Part shown: in pieces, positions 1 through 12,960 of the stretch
Layout of the letters: the number at the start of each line of letters is the position of its first letter
Numbering within the stretch: the first letter of the stretch is position 1
The notes under the pieces: generated by a model
Told to the model about the DNA's origin: nothing
Databases searched by the model: none
What the model saw: the letters and a program-made list of their open reading frames with translations, nothing else
From: Camelus ferus
Lineage: Eukaryota
Direction: 5' to 3'
Length of the DNA: 64,000 nt
Assembly (NCBI RefSeq): GCF_009834535.1
Contig: NC_045696.1
Location: 30,568,001 to 30,632,000, forward strand
Translations under genes and position numbers: made by a program

Positions 1-670
1 AATTCTAACATTTTTGTTAGTTTTGAATAGGTTCATCTGAGTAATTTACATCTTCAGTATATATTGTATTTTTATGCTCCATAATATTCTTGCTAAAGTA
101 TTATTGTACTGTGAATAATGTGAATTTTACCTTGTTAGATGCTGGGTGTTTTTATATTCTAACAATTTTTGGCTTTATTCCTGTACAATTTAAGTTTCTT
201 GAAATGTTTGAGCCTGTGAGATCTTGCTTTTCAGATAATTTAGGAAGGACTGGAACAATTCTCTTCCTAGGTTTACTTGTTCCCTAATATTAAGGCAACT
301 CTTTTGTGTACTCTCTCCCATGCCTGTTGAATCATTAGGATTTTCAGTCTGGATGATGGGGACAAGAACTAATTCCATCCCTGTGTGAGTGTTGATCGTT
401 AATTTGTAATTATTCACATGAATCTTTACTTAGTATTTTATTCACATGTTTGTTAATCAGGACTCAGATGGATGTGTGAAGGTGATGCTTTGCTAATATC
501 AAGAGTTCTGTATCTGTATCACTCTTTTTTTTTTTCTGATAATTTGTTATTTCAATATTAGCCACTACCTTGGTCTACTAGGACCAAAAAACATTGCTTG
601 TTCATTCTGGTGGTTTCAGGCCAGAGGGTAAATATTTCCCTGTTTTTCCATCTTGGCCTGAAATAGAGGT
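1..670 (-). mobile_element. Ancient LINE-1 (L1M/L1ME-like) 5' region fragment
   Basis: Resembles remembered old L1 5' consensus (tgaattttaccttgttagatgctgg...); ends in ccatcttggcctgaaatagaggtc, the reverse complement of a typical old L1 5' terminus (gacttc...ggccaagatgg). Subfamily uncertain. Confidence 0.6.
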
Positions 671-1469
671 CTTATATATTTCTTTAGTTCACTTCTCTTT
701 ACAGTTAAATATAGCTATTGTAATCTTATTCAATGAACTTATATTACAAATCTTAATTTTTTAAAAAAGAATAAAGTTTAGATGAAGAAATTTCAGGGAA
801 CTCATAATGGCAATATATCTAGATCACCAGTGGTCAAATAATTCTCAGTTTGAATAGATATTCTGACCTGTACATTGAAATGACTCAGTAATTCCTTTTG
901 ATAAGGATTCCTTTTGTGTGTATGTTTGGGCAAATTTATACTAGAAGTGTTTTTCTAAAGGAATTTTACAGAACTGGTATAAGAAAAAATTCAGTGAAGG
1001 AGAGTAAACTAGTGAAGAATAAGTGAAACAATAACATGATGTTTATTTCCTATAACATTTACTCAAAATTGTAAACCTCAGCTCACACATCTTAGATATT
1101 TTAAAGAGTTGTCAATCATGAAGTTTTTAATGAAACAGCAATCCCATTTTCCATGAAATCATTGACTCTTAGAGTGGAAGTAAAGGAAATCTTGTTCAGT
1201 CTCTCACTCAGTGTATTAATGTTCACTACTTTATCCCTTGCATGTGGCCAGCCAGCTTTTGCTTAAATATTGCAATGTTTACAAACTTATTATTCACAAG
1301 ACAGATCATTGTAATGCTGGAAAACTCCTTAAAATATGTGGGAGTATGTCTGCCTATAACTTTTGCTCACTGGTCTTAGATCTGACATGTGGAATTCCAG
1401 TAAAGTCTAATCCATTTCTAGTAGACATATGTTCTAATAACAGTCAAAAAATTACCACTGAAATTAATG

Positions 1470-1660
1470 GTTAAAAAGATATTTTAGGGGTAATTGGGGA
1501 AAACTTTACAGTTTATTAGATAACAGTGTGTTTTTTCAAAATTTTAAGGATATTATTTGTATTTTGTTTATATAAGAATATTTCTCCTTTGTTAGAGATG
1601 CTTGGCAACCTACTTAGTGGTGAAGTGTCATAATATGTGCTAGTTGCTTATAAATAATCA
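1470..1660 (+). mobile_element. Old LINE-1 (L1MC/L1ME) 3' UTR fragment
   Basis: ttagagatgcttggcaacctacttagtggtgaagtgtcataatatgtgctagttgctt resembles the L1MC4/L1ME 3' end motif; highly diverged. Confidence 0.45.
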
Positions 1661-1740
1661 TTACAATAAGGATAAAACTTGTTTCCTTATCAAAAACTCT
1701 TCTACTGTTGGACAGAAATTCCTTTCATTTTCTTTTTTGA

Positions 1741-1777
1741 GACTAATGTATTTTTTTATGACTAATGTATTTTTTTA
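1741..1777. repeat. Short tandem duplication (gactaatgtattttttta x2, period 19)
   Basis: Directly visible: 1741-1758 and 1760-1777 are identical. Confidence 0.9.
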
Positions 1778-3099
1778 CTCAAAACATAATAAAGGAGTCG
1801 TATTTCAGTAGTTCAGCTTTTGAAAGACACACACTCCAGTTTACTCAACATAGCAGTTTCTTGTCAGAGGATATGACTTGGAACAAATTTGAATTGTGCA
1901 CTGTATTAACATGAAGACAAAGTGTTCTCCTTTGCATACAAACACCAATTAAAAGGAATGGACAGATGGCATTTTTTATGAAATTCCAGTCCATTTTCTT
2001 ATGTACCATTTCCGTGCATTACAAGGTAGTCTTGTCATTCAGCCTTGATTTTGCCCCAAAGGTAGTTTTTATGTGCTAATCTTTACTCTTTTTTTTAAGT
2101 GCAAAGCAACCATGAGTCCCTATTTGGCTAAAAAATCAATTGAGAAAATGGTGGTATTAAAATAATCTTATCTTTTAAATAATGCCTTGAAACCTTTCTC
2201 CACTCACTATCACTGATTATCTAGTCTTTGTTTCCTCTGGTGAGTAAAGTGAACCTTTATTACATTATATTTCATCTATAAGGTGTTTTACTTTACTTTC
2301 CAATTGTTGCTTACTACTTACATGTGGAATATATTATTTAATTCTACTTTTCATTGTGTTATATTGTTTGGATATCATAGTAGGGATAGTACTCATAATT
2401 TCTTTCAATTAAAGTTAACATTTTTCTGGTTTTTTTTTTTTTTTTTTTGGGAGGGTGCATTTAGTAGCTTTCAATTTAACAACAGAGACCTCCAGACCAA
2501 ACTAAAGCTGTTTAGTGAGATACAGGTGCAATTATTAAATCTAGACATTGAGTATTAAGGAGGTCTGTTTATCCTTTTCTTTTTTATGTTTAAATTTTCT
2601 CAAAATATTAAAAAAATAATTGTCAATACTTTTCCAATTTCCACAATGAGTCTGGTAATTTCTGCTCATTTATTAACATATATATTATTTTATTTTTGTA
2701 GTTATTGCTGTTGTTCAGGGAATCATTTTCCATAATGATTTCTAATATTTCACTGCTAGCATAAAGAAACCTAATAATTTAATTCATACTCATTTTAAAA
2801 AGCCATTTTCTTTATTCTTATTTATTGTTAAATTTTGTGTTTAATTCTCTTTTAAATTATCTGAAAATCATATTAAAAGCATTCTCTAAATTTTCAGCAG
2901 TTACAACAAAGTTTAGACAGTCTTAAAATCCAATAATAAATCAAGAGCAAAAATAGTAAAATCAAGCACAGAAATAAACACAGGATACTTCTTGGGAGAA
3001 ATTTAAATAGCTCATAAAATTTTCATTCATTCAATGGGTAAGGAAGTACATATGTTAAGTTTCATACATGTCAATATTTGATGTCCTTCTGGTATAACA

Positions 3100-3300
3100 A
3101 AATAGATGGAAGATTTTATATTGTAACTTTAAATTGGTACAGCCTTTCTAAAAAGCAATTTGGCAATACAGATCAAGTACTTTAAAAAGTGTATATTCTA
3201 TGACACAGTGATTCTCCAATTTATAGGAATCACTCCTATGAAGTAAAAATGAGAAACGAATAAATGTTTTATTTCTACCATTATTTATAATCTTATTATT
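3100..3300 (+). mobile_element. L1ME ORF2 3' end fragment
   Basis: taaattggtacagcctttctaaaaagcaatttggcaata...tatgacacagtgattctcc matches the conserved L1 ORF2 C-terminal region. Confidence 0.6.
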
Positions 3301-4029
3301 TATATTACTTTTGATAAAAAAAATAATTATATATGATTATAATTTATTCATTAAAATCACATTGTTAGTAGTATTTATTGAACTAATTATATGTTCATGA
3401 TTTACATTCTGCTAGCATTTTAATATTAACACATTAAAGTGAAGTGAGAGATTTGTCAAACTAAAAGGTCCAAGGGCAGAGTCCTATTGCAGTCTAAAAT
3501 TTTTCTTCTCTCATATCACACTACTTAGATATGCACTTCTTAGTAAACTCTTAAAGTGTGGTGAGACTCCTTTACTCTTGTCTCAAGTCTAGGGAAGGAT
3601 CTTCAATAAATCTGCTTAATGAGTTTGACATTGCTTCCATCATTCAATGTGGTGTGCATTAGCCTAATTTTGTCAGAATTGTGCATGACTTTGTGAAGTT
3701 TTTAGTTCAAAATGGGAGATACTCTCCATAGTGAGTTTTTACTACATTGTGAATCCAATTTGATATTAGGGCAGAACACCTGAGAGAACAGGCAGTTTAA
3801 CACTGTAATATTCATATGTATTAGTGGATATAGATTTTAGAGTCATTAAGGAGATTATGGTTTGTTTCACTCTATTTCAATTTGGAGATAGTCACATTAA
3901 GTCAAAATTCCAACTGTCTGAATAGATAAGAGAGGTAGCTTTGGGGCTACAACTGCTATACCAAGGAGTTGTTATTTCAGTGTTAATTTTGGAAGCACCA
4001 AATTAGCTGCATGTTATAAATTTCATAGA

Positions 4030-4170
4030 AGGGGGCATCTGATGAAAACAAAAGTTTTGTTTCTTCATCTGGGTAGTAGTTAAATGGATTTGTAGATACA
4101 TATCAAGCTCTACATATTTGTTTCGTACATTTTTGATAAGGGTGATATGTTTCACGATTGAAAAAATTTT
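4030..4170 (+). mobile_element. L1ME 3' terminal fragment
   Basis: gttttgtttcttcatctgggtagtagttaaatggat...aagctctacat resembles the L1ME 3' UTR end. Confidence 0.5.
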
Positions 4171-5634
4171 TTTTCATTGAAGAGGGACCATAAGCATATT
4201 AGGAAAAAAGTACATATGAAAACAAGGGGACTTGAGGGGATAAGGTAGGAAATAAAAAAAAGATAAAATAATAAATTCAACCACAGGTAATTAAAGAATG
4301 TTATTCCAATATTAGAGCACCTTGCTCTTTAGGCCTCTTAACCAGAGTAGGATGAACATCCTCAAGATTTATTATACAAGTAATGTATATGTTACTTTTA
4401 AAAATGTCATGTAAAAAGGCCTAAAACATGTACTTTCTAAGGTAATATCTGCATAGTATCATTTTACATGTAACACTTCACTGTTTTCTAGTAAAATGAA
4501 CTACTTATATCTGTAAGATGCTCCAGTATAGTGTTCTCATAAAAATACATATTTTTAAAAATACAGCTTTACATATTTAATGTATTAAATAAAAGAGCAC
4601 AAGCCAATACTGATGGTCATATTATGTGCCTGTTTCTCGTAAATTCTGTCCTTATCAACATAATTTATATAATGATTTTAGATACATGATATATAATGAA
4701 TTTTACAACATCTGCAGATCTTTATGCTTGAAAAACTTACTCAATTGTCATCTTTAGATTTTCAGAGGTTAACTCAATGAAAACCATGTTAAATCACTTC
4801 AGATGTTATAATTTCTACTACTGAGGATCACCAGATTTCATGTGATGCTTTAACATTAAAGCCCACAATACTAATACTATCTTGTATTGGTTATTACTTG
4901 CAGTTATACATATTATAATAAATAATATAAATAAATCAATATGCATTCTATTCAAATGTAAGAAATATATAGTGGAATGTATTGGAAAAGCAATTAGCCT
5001 AAAGTATTTAGGGATAATGACAATATAGGGCAGAATAATTACTCTGATTGTACAGAAATTACTTGGTAAATAATCACATACACCAATCAGAATTAAAGGA
5101 AGACAAAAACTGATGTAATGATCAATGATGTTATTTCACATAGATCATAACAATAATAATAGTGATAATCATAGTATTGAATGCTGATTCTGGGCAAGGA
5201 CAATACCAATTTTATCTCAGTTATTTCTAAAACGGTTGGAATAGATGAAGGTCTTGCAGCAAAGCAAGAGAAATGATGCTGGCTGCCAGACAGGTCCCCC
5301 AAAGTGACAATACTGGTTAATTTGCCTCTGTCCAAATTACCCTAAGCCAAGATGAACTCTTAATTATGAGGGTAAGTCAGTCTCCTGTGGGCAGGCTTAC
5401 ACATAGCTTAACTCATACAGACCAATTAAAAAACTGAAAGCTAATAAACTAATATATTATAAGAAAAAAAGAATATTGGAAGACTAGAAATCTAGTTTGT
5501 TCTTCCTCTGTCATCTGAGGGATTAAATGAAAAACAAAGTTAAACTAAATACTCGGATTATGAGAGTTGGTTTCATGTTCTTTATAACTTTTGATGTAGA
5601 GCAACAGATAAAAATGCATCGTTTTAAAAGCTAG

Positions 5635-6208
5635 TGTATTCATAGAAAATTTGAGATAGCAAAAATTGAGATCAAAAGACATTTGCCATTGAAAAGACAG
5701 TTTATTACTCAGAGATCCCACATAGAGAGGGCACACCACAGTAAGCAGGGCTGCTTAGGAAAACACAGAGGTCGATAGCAGGCAGAGGGTGGGGGGACTG
5801 TGGGCAAGAGTGTTTATTGTGTCTTTATAGGAATGAATAGGTTAGGCAGAGTAAACAAGTTTAGGATTGGCTAAGGTGAATAATGTCGTGAACTCTGGGG
5901 CAAGGAGCTGTCCCTAGTGGTCTGGTACCCGGCCTTGGGATGATCAGGGCAGGTATAGTATAGTGGCCCAGAGTGTGAGGGCCCAACAAGGGATATGGGA
6001 AGAGGTACAGACCCTGGATTGATTGGTTTGTATTTGAAAAGCATTTCCCAAAAGGAAGGACACTTCTGGGGAAGGGAGTGACAAGGGTTATATGACACCA
6101 AGACAAGGCAACTCAGGTGTATTACTAGGTTGTTCAGAAGAAGTTATGTACACATTATGCATGTAGGGTACATGTTAAAGCATCAAGTTTACATGACTAA
6201 TATGTACA
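5635..6208. mobile_element. Solo ERVL-class LTR (MER76-like)
   Basis: GC-richer block starting TG and ending near ...gtaca; gtgggcaagagtgtttattgt...tttaggattggcta...gctgtccctagtggtctggtacccggcc matches a remembered ERVL LTR consensus. Exact family not verified. Confidence 0.7.
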
Positions 6209-6994
6209 GTTAGAATGAACACATTACTCTGGGCTGGACTTATCAAACACTGGCTGGATACTGTCAATGTGTTTCCCCCTGACTCAGGTTTTTTGTTTGT
6301 TTGCTTTGTTTTGTTTTGTTTTTCTGTTTCCATTTCTGCTCCACCCCTTTGAGAAATGAATCTTTTTTTTAAAAATATTTCCATATACAGAGATTGGCAT
6401 AGAATTTTTTGTCTTAAGATCATTCCTGATCCATTATACTAATACAGTTTATTTATCAAAAGGCAATTCTTTAGATTAAGTAATTTGCCCACACTATGTG
6501 GTAGTGATTTGAGCCCAGATAAAATCATTCTCAAAGATTTTGCTTTCCATTTCCTATAAATGTTATGTTTTGTTGATTATACTTATGCAAGTGTTAATTC
6601 TATTCTAATAAATCGTAAAATGTCCATAAATACCAGGTATAAGCAAGATTAAAATCTTTTATTTTGATTCTTATTAAGAATTCCAATAATTCTTTCTTGG
6701 GATTCTTTCTCATATAGACCAGTCTTAATTATTCGAACACCCTAGGGGTATACTAAATCCAAAATCAGACATAGCCTCTAGAGATGCCAGACCTGGGGAA
6801 TATTAGGGTTTAACTAATTCACTACATCCATGCTTTTTTGTTTGTTTTTTGTCTTCTCTTACACTGTGTTGTTCCACATTGTTTTGTTTCTTACTGACAC
6901 ACAGTATAAGTTCTTAAGCTCAGGCTGCTATGTTCTTGTGAATGATTGTCTTCTCTAAATCAATACTAGATTAGGTTATCACGCATCTGCAGTG

Positions 6995-7120
6995 GGCCCA
7001 TTAATTAGCTCAGTTGAAGCATTTGTTCAAACAACATATAACCAAATATCTGTGTTCTGATGTGATTCAGCCTTAGTCACATGCTGCTAGAACCAGCCTT
7101 CTCCTATGAAAGCCATATAT
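6995..7120 (+). mobile_element. Possible ancient tRNA-derived SINE (MamSINE1-like) remnant
   Basis: A-box-like ttagctcagttg followed by weak similarity to the remembered consensus. Confidence 0.3.
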
Positions 7121-7254
7121 TGAACTTTTTTTTTTCTTGGAATAGATTTCTTCTTTCTGTAAGTAAATTTTATTTTGTGGCCTTCATTAGTCCCCAGCAT
7201 TTATTCTAGGCTACCCTGAGCTTCCTAGGGCTGCCTAACTTTGGATCTCAGCAG

Positions 7255-7830
7255 AATACGGCATATTTGGCAGTTTCTTCTAAAGTTAGAGATACACCTA
7301 CCATACAACCCAGAAGTTCGACTCCTAGTATTTACCAGATAAATGAAAACATGTATCTGCAAAAATTTTGTACAGAAAAGTTTATAGTAGCTTTATTCAT
7401 AATAGTCAAATAACAGAACCAGCACAGGAGTACATTCATAGGGAAAATGGTTTAAAAAAGGGGAGGGTGAGGTAGGGAGGTAAGTACTCAACAATGAAAA
7501 GAAATGAACTACCAATACATGCAATACCATGAATTCATCTGAAGTATATCATGCCGAGCAAAAGAGAATTTACTGTGAAATTCAATTTATATAAAATACC
7601 AGACAGGAAAATCTAATCTCTAGTGAACAAAAGTAGATTTTTCCTGGATTAGGAGAGAAAGGATGAGAGCTTCCTGAAAAGGGGTACAGGAGAACATCTT
7701 GGGGTGGTGAAATATTGTATGTTATTGGTGGTGGCTACATGGATGTATAGATTTGTTAAAATACACACTGAGGTGTATTTTTAAATGGGGTAATTGGTTT
7801 TATATAGTTTATACTTCAACAAAGCAGTTT
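7255..7830 (+). mobile_element. L1ME/L1MD 3' end (ORF2 tail plus 3' UTR)
   Basis: ttggcagtttcttctaaagttagagatacacctaccatacaacccag...gctttattcataatagtcaa...ggtggtggctacatggatgtata...tatacttcaacaaag. Confidence 0.8.
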
Positions 7831-8645
7831 AAAACAATTCAGGAAATTGAAAAAATTAATTCAGGATAATAAATATTAGTTAATTTGGATGTTAAGTGAA
7901 TCAAAATGAAAAATAAATTATTAAACTTGTTAACTGTTTTGGTAAACTAGTCTGTTTCTGGAAAATAATCCTCAAAGGAGTTCTTCCTTGATTATTGAAT
8001 ATATAAAATATACCTATTTAGTTTCTATGGTCATGTTGACTACTACTGAAATATCAGAGTTAAGTACATGTAAAATGAATTGTTGTGCAGTTAAAGCACA
8101 TTAATATTCCCAACATATTTGTATTCATTTTTAAACTCTTTCACTATCATAAAAAATTTCCAAAAATGAACAACTCATTTTCACATTTAAAGGTTAAACC
8201 TAAATAATTTATTTAATATGCTACAATTAGCATATTCACTATCTTCATTCACTATGGACATTTCTTAGCATTAGTTGTGTGTGTTTTTTAGTTGAAAATG
8301 ATACTCTATAAATTCTAATTTACTCAGAATTCATTTTTTTCCCCAAACATACGGTAATTAGGAGTTAAACTGACAACAATTTAATTTTAAAGATAGTTTT
8401 AACAACTTGCCCTTACCTGCTCTATTTCTCAGCAAGATATAGTCATGGAAGCTCTTGGAAAATACCATAATATGGATTAGATCTTAGTATATTTGGCAGA
8501 GGTAATTTAGAGATGCATGAGTATTTTGCAGGAACCCATTTCCTAAAGAAACTTTTAAAACATAATTTCTTCTCTAATTTTTTCTATAAAATAAAGAATT
8601 AATTCTTATGCCAATTTCTTATTTTCTCGATAGTAAACTCAAATC

Positions 8646-8909
8646 CAGTTGACCCTTGAACTACATGGATCCATTGATACTTGTTTCTGTTGTTGTTGTT
8701 GTTTTTCAATTTGTCTACAGTCAGCACTCTGTTCTTGGGTTTCACATCTGCATATTCAACCAACTACAGATTGAAATTTCTATCTGCAGTTTATTGAATC
8801 TGCACATGCGAAACCCGTGAATACAGAGGGCAGACTGCTACACCATTTTAGATAAGGGTCTTGAGCCCCACAGATTTGGTATAGGAGGAGGAATACTGAG
8901 GGAGGACTG
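8646..8909. mobile_element. TcMar-Tigger non-autonomous DNA transposon (Tigger2/MER2B/MER8-like)
   Basis: Starts cagttgacccttgaa and ends atactgagggaggactg (Tigger2-type termini); contains an internal inverted repeat of about 55 bp. Confidence 0.8.
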
Positions 8910-10389
8910 CAAGTGGTAAGGAAGATAAACAAACCTGAAACACCACATTTAAAAATAAAGCACATTTAACATAAAGTGTATTAAAATTGTATTTATACAA
9001 TTTAACATTATTAATACATTTTTGAATTCAGACAAGTCTTAAATAGTATCAGTGTTTTACAGATAAATGAATTTATGTCTATGAGATTTTACTGGTGCTG
9101 TGTAACTGGGACTTTTTCTTGAAGTAAAGCATTAAGTGGCATTCAGTGCGAATATCATCAGGCCAGTAATTAAATCTCGCAGCCAATTTAGGTTAATTGG
9201 GGTAAACATAAGTTTGAAGTATGCAATGCATTAAAAGTAGTATTGTTTCTTTATTTCAAATAACAAGAGCAAATAAATGACTAATAGCTTCTTGACATAA
9301 GGATGTTCTGCCAGATATCCAACTTTAGTGAACACTAAATATTTACATACTATTCATATACAAATGAATATTACCAAGAACTAGAAAACTGTCCCATTCC
9401 TAGTTTATTTCTCCTGCTACATCATATACATTAATTTTTAAAGCACAGTTTATTTTTAATTATACATATTCAAACTGGTTATATTATCACCTATCTTTAA
9501 TTTATGAAATCCAAATCAATTGGGGATTTATCCTAGTCCTATGATTTTAGTTCAATGTACTTTTTAATGAAATCACTCCTATCATTAAATTATGCAAATT
9601 TACCCAGAGATTGATCGCTAGATGAAAATAAATCTAAATAAATTTACAATAGATTAAATAATTGCTAGTTCATAATGAGGTTTCTGATGACTTGCAGGAA
9701 AATAGTTTTAACTACAAAGTTCAGTTTCCATTTAAATCAGAAAATAATCTTTATTTTCTTCATTTTAAATAATCTAGAAATATATCTATATCTGTATATG
9801 TCTCTTACTTATGTATGTTATCCCAAAGTTATCTACTAGCTAGGCTAATCTTTAAATTTCAGTATTTAGAGGGCAAATATGTTTCTGAAACCAAGATAAC
9901 ATATTAAAAATAGGTTTATTTGATCACACTAATTTTTTAAAGTATTTGTATGAAGTATAATTCTTATTCTTACTATGTCACCCATTTGAAGGTTAATGGA
10001 TAATGCTGATACATTTTTATCTATTGAAAAGTAGATGACAGTAGGTCTGAAAATCACCTTTCCCTCATTTCTTTCCTTTGGATCACTTAATTTTCCCATA
10101 GGTGTTGGTATTACACTTTTTCTGTGTTTTGTATGTAGAAATGTGTAAGATGACATTCAACTTGCCTCCTGGAAGAAGGAGTATTTCTAAGACCTGGGAA
10201 GTCATCCAGAGGGAGGACTATCTGTAATGTCCCTTCTGTCTGAATATACATCTTATACCTTCTCTCAGGGAAGTCATCAGACGACATCCCAGGAGATGAC
10301 TGTGGCCGGATTCTTAGCAGGAGATGTTTCTTTTAGGTGCTAGTATACCTGCAGAATTTATGGTCAGTGATGGAGGGGAGGGTAGTTAT

Positions 10390-11080
10390 TCAGTTATTTA
10401 GCTTTTGGGGAACCATCTCAGAAGACTAGTATGCCATTCTGTGTTCAATCACTAATTTAAACCTGGGAAATTTAATGTACAGATTATTAAGCTATGATAA
10501 GAGAATACGAAGATGGAAAGAGGCTCAAGGATATTCTAGATCTAAGGGAATAGTTCCTTAAGAAGAACAAATTCAGAAGGGGTTTCAGATCTCACGGAAG
10601 AAGGTGTGGTTACTGCCCTCTGGCTGGAGGAGATGCTCACTGAGGAGCTGGTTTGGAGCTACTGGGCAACCAGGAAAAAGCCTCCAGGGCTCAGGTGAAC
10701 CAAGGCCAGTGGGCAGTATTCAGACGGAGTGAGGGTGCCACTGAGGGTTCTGACCCAGAGCACAGGGTGACGACATTGAGCGACCATAAGGAACAACACC
10801 CCAGGGCACATGCCAGCTGAGACTGGTGGATGGGCAGGATGAGGGTGTCAGGGCACTGCTACAGGTGGTGCTGAAACTGGAGGACTGAATGACCTCACTC
10901 TGTATGAACCTAGCACACTTGTATGTACAGCTTGGGCTGGGGTGGATCCAGGCCACTGCATAGGATGAAGGTTGAGACAAGGTGTTAAATGGCCAGAGTC
11001 TACAGGGCCTGAAGTGCACATATGTGGAGCTGAGGAGAAGGTGCAAGCAGCAGGGACCTGGCCACCTGGTCTCCATCTCT
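10390..11080. mobile_element. Probable ancient LTR-derived block (MaLR/ERVL-like)
   Basis: GC-richer purine-rich island with gggaaatttaatgtacagattattaa resembling old MLT1-type LTRs; family not determined. Confidence 0.3.
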
Positions 11081-11109
11081 GTCTCTTTCCCTAGTCTTCA
11101 ATTTATCTA

Positions 11110-11157
11110 CATGTGTGTATGTATATATATGTATACACACAAACACACACATATATA
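11110..11157. repeat. Compound (TG)/(TA)/(CA) microsatellite
   Basis: Directly visible. Confidence 0.85.
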
Positions 11158-11900
11158 ATTTTTTCCAGTATCTTCTCCCATTCTAGCAGATATCACAATC
11201 ACTGAGCTACCTTTCCCACATTGTCACAGAGCTTTCTGAATTTGTTTCTAAAATTTTGAGCCCACAGATAAGGTTGTATTAGGTGTCTTGGACTCCGTCA
11301 CTCTTTGAGAGTGGGGTGGAAAGGAGGCAGCAAACTTCAAGGCAGTGGCTGTGTGGGACCTAGACAGAGGGGTTTCCGAGCCCTACAAAAATTATGAGAT
11401 CCCAACGTGGCATGGAGTCCAAAAGCTATCCGACTCCATGGAGAGCTGAGGCAATGAACTTGTCAGGGAAAACTTTGGTAGACAAGATAGCGGAATTCTG
11501 GACCCAATTTTCATAGCATTCTGATGTGGCCCTGGGAGAATGAAGGTGATCTCATCATAAAGCCAAAAAAATTTTTTCAAAAATCTAGCAGATAAGTGAG
11601 TTTTGAGTCAGAATTATTTTGACTGAGAAGAAATGAAGTCATATTGTTTGCATACCTGAATTTGTGGACTGAGTTTTATACACGCTGTGTCTTTATGGAT
11701 GTCTGTACTCTGTGATAGATTAGGTAAGAATTCCTAATACCTGTGAAGACACATATAGTTATCCATGCATGCCTTGAGCAACTTTTCTTGGGACATTGCA
11801 TAAAACCAGGGATTAAAATCAAAATAATATAAGATGCTCAAAGTGATTAGAATATAATAGGAAATATATCAGACATATATATAATATGTTAATATATAAT

Positions 11901-11936
11901 GTGTGTTGTGTGTGTGTGTATATATATATATATACA
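11901..11936. repeat. (TG)n(TA)n microsatellite
   Basis: Directly visible. Confidence 0.9.
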
Positions 11937-11959
11937 TTTTTTTTTACGCATGCACAGAA

Positions 11960-12468
11960 CACAGGCCTCTGGGTCAAGTACATAGTTTATTTCTCACAGT
12001 GAAATCAGCAGCTACAGCAGCATCTTGTGTCCACTTTCATGCCCCAGTTATTGTAGGATGATGCTGTGAGGGCCAGATATTTTCTATATGTGCATCAAGG
12101 TGCAACACAGGATGGGATTTTTATGAGACTATGAGTTTTATGGGTCTGCTGGCACATCTGCCCACCTTCTTTTCCATTGATAATGGAGAGAAACAGAGGG
12201 GGAGAGAACAATCACCTCTGAAGGAGAGAAGGGAGCCCATGTAGGTTTATTATCCTAGAATGAAAGCAGCTGTCTTTCGAAAAAGGAGAAGATGATTAAT
12301 TTTAGTACAATGGTTTAGTACATCCTTGGTTGGTATATCTCTATGTCTGTCTGAGGGGTAATACTCTCTCTAGGTTCCAAGGCTGTTTGCTACTGAAATA
12401 CATCCTTTACTTAGAAGGCCTGAACTGTTCAGAGATGTGAGTAATTTATGGAAAATTGACTCCCAATA
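11960..12468 (-). mobile_element. Old ERVL-class LTR fragment
   Basis: atagtttatttctcacag start and gtttgctactgaaatacatcctt...atggaaaattgactcccaata end resemble remembered LTR40/41-type consensus termini. Confidence 0.5.
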
Positions 12469-12689
12469 GAAAATCAACTGGTAAACCTTGTTAGACATGC
12501 AACCATGGAGACATTCACAAAGTTAGAGCTCTGAAGGCACACTTGTATAAATGGTTGGTGGAGAGGTGCAAAAAAAAAATTGAGGATTTAGTCAAAGGAT
12601 TAGGAGGCATAGTTTTTCGAGCTTTTCAAAAATAACGGGGAGGGGAGAAATGTGATAATAAGCATTGAGGTTAGAGGTGTTGATGTGTG

Positions 12690-12960
12690 CCAAATACTGT
12701 AGGCCACTTTAGGTCCTCAAAAGATTTTGGAATTACTATTTAAAAAATAAGGCAATAATTAAATAATGTAAAATGTGAGGCTATCTTGAACAGAAAAGGG
12801 TTATTAAAAAGTATACTTCAGCTATATGAAGAATTAATTTTGTGTTGAATTAATCAAAAACAAGTTTGAGAAAACCAGTTAAGTCTAACTAAGTGACCAT
12901 TAGTATATTCTCAGTCAAGGTAGAGATGACTGGACTAGGCTGGTGACACTGGAGATGGAT
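12690..12960 (-). mobile_element. L2 LINE fragment
   Basis: gtaggccac...aaagattttgga...gatgactggactaggctggtgacactggagatgg are typical reverse-strand L2 motifs. Confidence 0.55.

Noticed and set aside
5221..5376. Possible plus-strand exon (tttatctcag ... gg/gtaagt)
   Set aside because: Weak acceptor, in-frame stops and no recognisable product.
10720..11076. 118 aa ORF in a GC-richer island
   Set aside because: No recognisable protein features; stop-poor composition of probable LTR-derived sequence.
11411..11440. 9 bp inverted repeat catggagtc/gactccatg
   Set aside because: Short enough to be expected by chance in 64 kb.
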